The translations under genes and the position numbers were made by a program. From positions 1 to 57,954 of the IMG/VR virus record IMGVR_UViG_3300029171_000007: 57,954 nt of DNA. One strand, 5' to 3'. Source of the stretch: a virus. Lineage: Duplodnaviria; Caudoviricetes. Below the pieces are notes generated by a model. It saw only the letters and a program-made list of their open reading frames with translations, made no database searches and had not been told where the DNA came from. The number at the start of each line of letters is the position of its first letter. The stretch's first letter is position 1. Of this stretch, positions 56,342-57,954 are shown one piece after another.

Positions 56342-56352
56342 TTCAACCACAC

Positions 56353-56697
56353 ATGACCGATTCAAGAGCCATTCTTTTCGGACTACTGCTGTCCATCCCT
56401 TCATGCACCTACCAATGTACCAAGCCCACCGAATGTCCACCGTCCAAGAGGGTAGAGGTATTTGTGTGGCACGTCAAGAACACGTCGGAACTGGACCTGT
56501 TTTGCACAGCCTATCCCGCTTATGACAACGCACAGCCACGCTTAAACTTTATGGTCGAAGCTGGCAAGGTCAAGGACGTCATTGTCCCATTGAGCGACTA
56601 CCGCCTGATGATCGAGGACTTTGACCGGGAAAGCCCGGCCAAGCTGGAGAGGTTGGTCCTCCCCTCTATTGGTGACACCATCAAAATGATCTGGTAA
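56353..56697 (+). CDS. Putative lipoprotein
   Basis: Hydrophobic N-terminus ending SIPSC. Confidence 0.55.
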   Translation: MTDSRAILFGLLLSIPSCTYQCTKPTECPPSKRVEVFVWHVKNTSELDLFCTAYPAYDNAQPRLNFMVEAGKVKDVIVPLSDYRLMIEDFDRESPAKLERLVLPSIGDTIKMIW

Positions 56698-56700
56698 ATT

Positions 56701-57075
56701 ATGCCCTATGGAACATCTACCCGTGTTGATTCTACTATTCGCTTTATGCGCAGCATGTTTAAAGGCAATGCCGAATACCGTGATGCGCTCAGGGAATACC
56801 GCGACTCGAACCAGAGGTTTGTCCGCAAGTTCTCGCGCTCCGAAAAGAGGGCAATTGAGCGGGAGATAAACCCGCACGAGTACACCGACTCGCTCCCCAC
56901 GTCTGGGATGCACGACTTCTACAATGGGATTGTGTACGGCGATTGGCTCCTGGTCAAAGCAGTTAGATATTATGCCACTCAGGTGGCGGACAGTTATAAA
57001 CAAATGGGCGACTTTGAAAAGGCGTCCGACATAATTGAAGCTCTCAATGAATACAGTACAGAATTCCCAGATTAA
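56701..57075 (+). CDS. Hypothetical protein
   Basis: 124-aa ORF. Confidence 0.6.
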   Translation: MPYGTSTRVDSTIRFMRSMFKGNAEYRDALREYRDSNQRFVRKFSRSEKRAIEREINPHEYTDSLPTSGMHDFYNGIVYGDWLLVKAVRYYATQVADSYKQMGDFEKASDIIEALNEYSTEFPD

Positions 57076-57241
57076 AAGGCTTGAACGCCTTGCCAGAGAG
57101 AACCAAGGCTGTGGCCAAATTGCCATGGCCAAATTGAAATGGCCGGTCAAGGCTTCGGTCTTGGGCCAAGTTGTCAAACCATTTGCACAGCGCGAGGAGC
57201 GCATCAACAAAATGCTCGATGAAGCACGAACACGCCAATAA
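57035..57241 (+). CDS. Hypothetical protein
   Basis: Short overlapping ORF in the operon. Confidence 0.45.
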   Translation: MKLSMNTVQNSQIKRLERLARENQGCGQIAMAKLKWPVKASVLGQVVKPFAQREERINKMLDEARTRQ

Positions 57242-57839
57242 AATTGCCCAGGCAGTCAAAGCCAAGCTGGAGCCTCATTGCGACCTGATTTACATCGGTG
57301 GCTCAATCCGCAGGGAGAAGGACGACGTGGGAGACATTGAAATTGTCTGCCTGCCAAAGATTGAGGACGTTCCCAGTCTCTTTGAGATGATTGTCGGCAA
57401 GAAACGTTCTGCCGGCTTTGTGGGAACGGTCAAAAGCCTTGGCCTGTTCGGGATGGGATTTGACGGCATCGCCACCGATGGGCGCATGGCAAAGATTACC
57501 CTTGACGTGAGGAGTTGGATTGGCTTTGTCAATGAGCCCATATCGCGCACCATCAAGCTGGATTTGTTCATGCCAACGGAAACGGACTTCTACCGCATCC
57601 TTGCCATCCGTACCGGCTCCGCCGAGTGGGTGCAGAAGATGGTGGCCGCAAGGTGGAAGCAACTGGGTTGGTGTGGAACAGAGGACGGGCTAAGGCTTAT
57701 CAAGGAGTGCGAGGAACACGCGGGCAAATGGACGTGCAAGACAAAGAACCCCACCATTCCCCCCGCATGGCAGTCAGAGGCAGAGTTTTTTATATGGTTG
57801 GGATACAATCAATTCATTCCACCAAAGCATCGCGTATGA
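57219..57839 (+). CDS. Minimal family X DNA polymerase (Pol beta-like palm/thumb only)
   Basis: GGSIRRE, GDIEI, LDLF, RTGS, SEAEFFIWLG...IPP..R. Confidence 0.85.
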   Translation: MKHEHANKIAQAVKAKLEPHCDLIYIGGSIRREKDDVGDIEIVCLPKIEDVPSLFEMIVGKKRSAGFVGTVKSLGLFGMGFDGIATDGRMAKITLDVRSWIGFVNEPISRTIKLDLFMPTETDFYRILAIRTGSAEWVQKMVAARWKQLGWCGTEDGLRLIKECEEHAGKWTCKTKNPTIPPAWQSEAEFFIWLGYNQFIPPKHRV

Positions 57840-57842
57840 CAC

Positions 57843-57954
57843 AGCAAGACCAACAAGCAGTCACAATCATTGTGCGCAAGCTGGAGACAGCCCAAGGGAA
57901 GGCTAAGGCCGTGACCAATGGCGACCTTCGCAAGTACCTGGCAAACTACAACCT
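57843..57954 (+). repeat. Terminal direct repeat, copy 2
   Basis: Identical to 24-135. Confidence 0.95.

Noticed and set aside
57843-57954. Biological terminal repeat of the virion DNA
   Set aside because: It falls mid-gene and abuts a library primer, so it is more simply an assembly overlap.
1-57954. Alternative genetic code / stop-codon reassignment
   Set aside because: Standard-code ORFs tile the genome densely and core genes are uninterrupted.

Overview
Apparently complete, circularly permuted genome (about 57,819 bp unique; positions 24-135 recur exactly at 57843-57954) of a tailed dsDNA phage, probably a siphovirus. The first 17 nt are a random-amplification primer artefact. A Bacteroidota host is inferred from many TAnnTTTG (-7) promoter boxes and the scarcity of Shine-Dalgarno motifs. 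Modules: terminase genes in the same operon as a six-gene ParB/cupin/PP-loop/glutamine-amidotransferase/IbrAB-like cluster (candidate DNA-modification system); a long minus-strand early/replication arm (ParB, HTH initiator with internal iterons, DnaQ exonuclease, tRNA-Ala, Sak4-like ATPase, PD-(D/E)XK nuclease, HNH, SNF2 helicase, PAPS-reductase family, short N6-MTase-like protein, RadC); a minus-strand head operon (S49 protease, capsid, tail tube, portal, adaptor, holin); a divergent plus-strand tail operon (frameshifted chaperone, u-spanin-like lipoprotein, tail tip, tape measure); and a plus-strand early arm ending in a minimal PolX. No integrase, ParA, primase or replicative polymerase was recognised. 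Most notable unexplained signals: the modification cluster; a second, non-coding copy of the initiator's iteron array 21 kb away; a 10-bp-phased centromere-like array linked to a membrane coiled-coil protein and an RHH-like protein; a kissing-loop attenuator-like leader upstream of the initiator; a TCAACCAC motif before many early start codons; and a tRNA-like element with a 10-nt anticodon loop. All family calls are by-eye motif recognition, not database searches.
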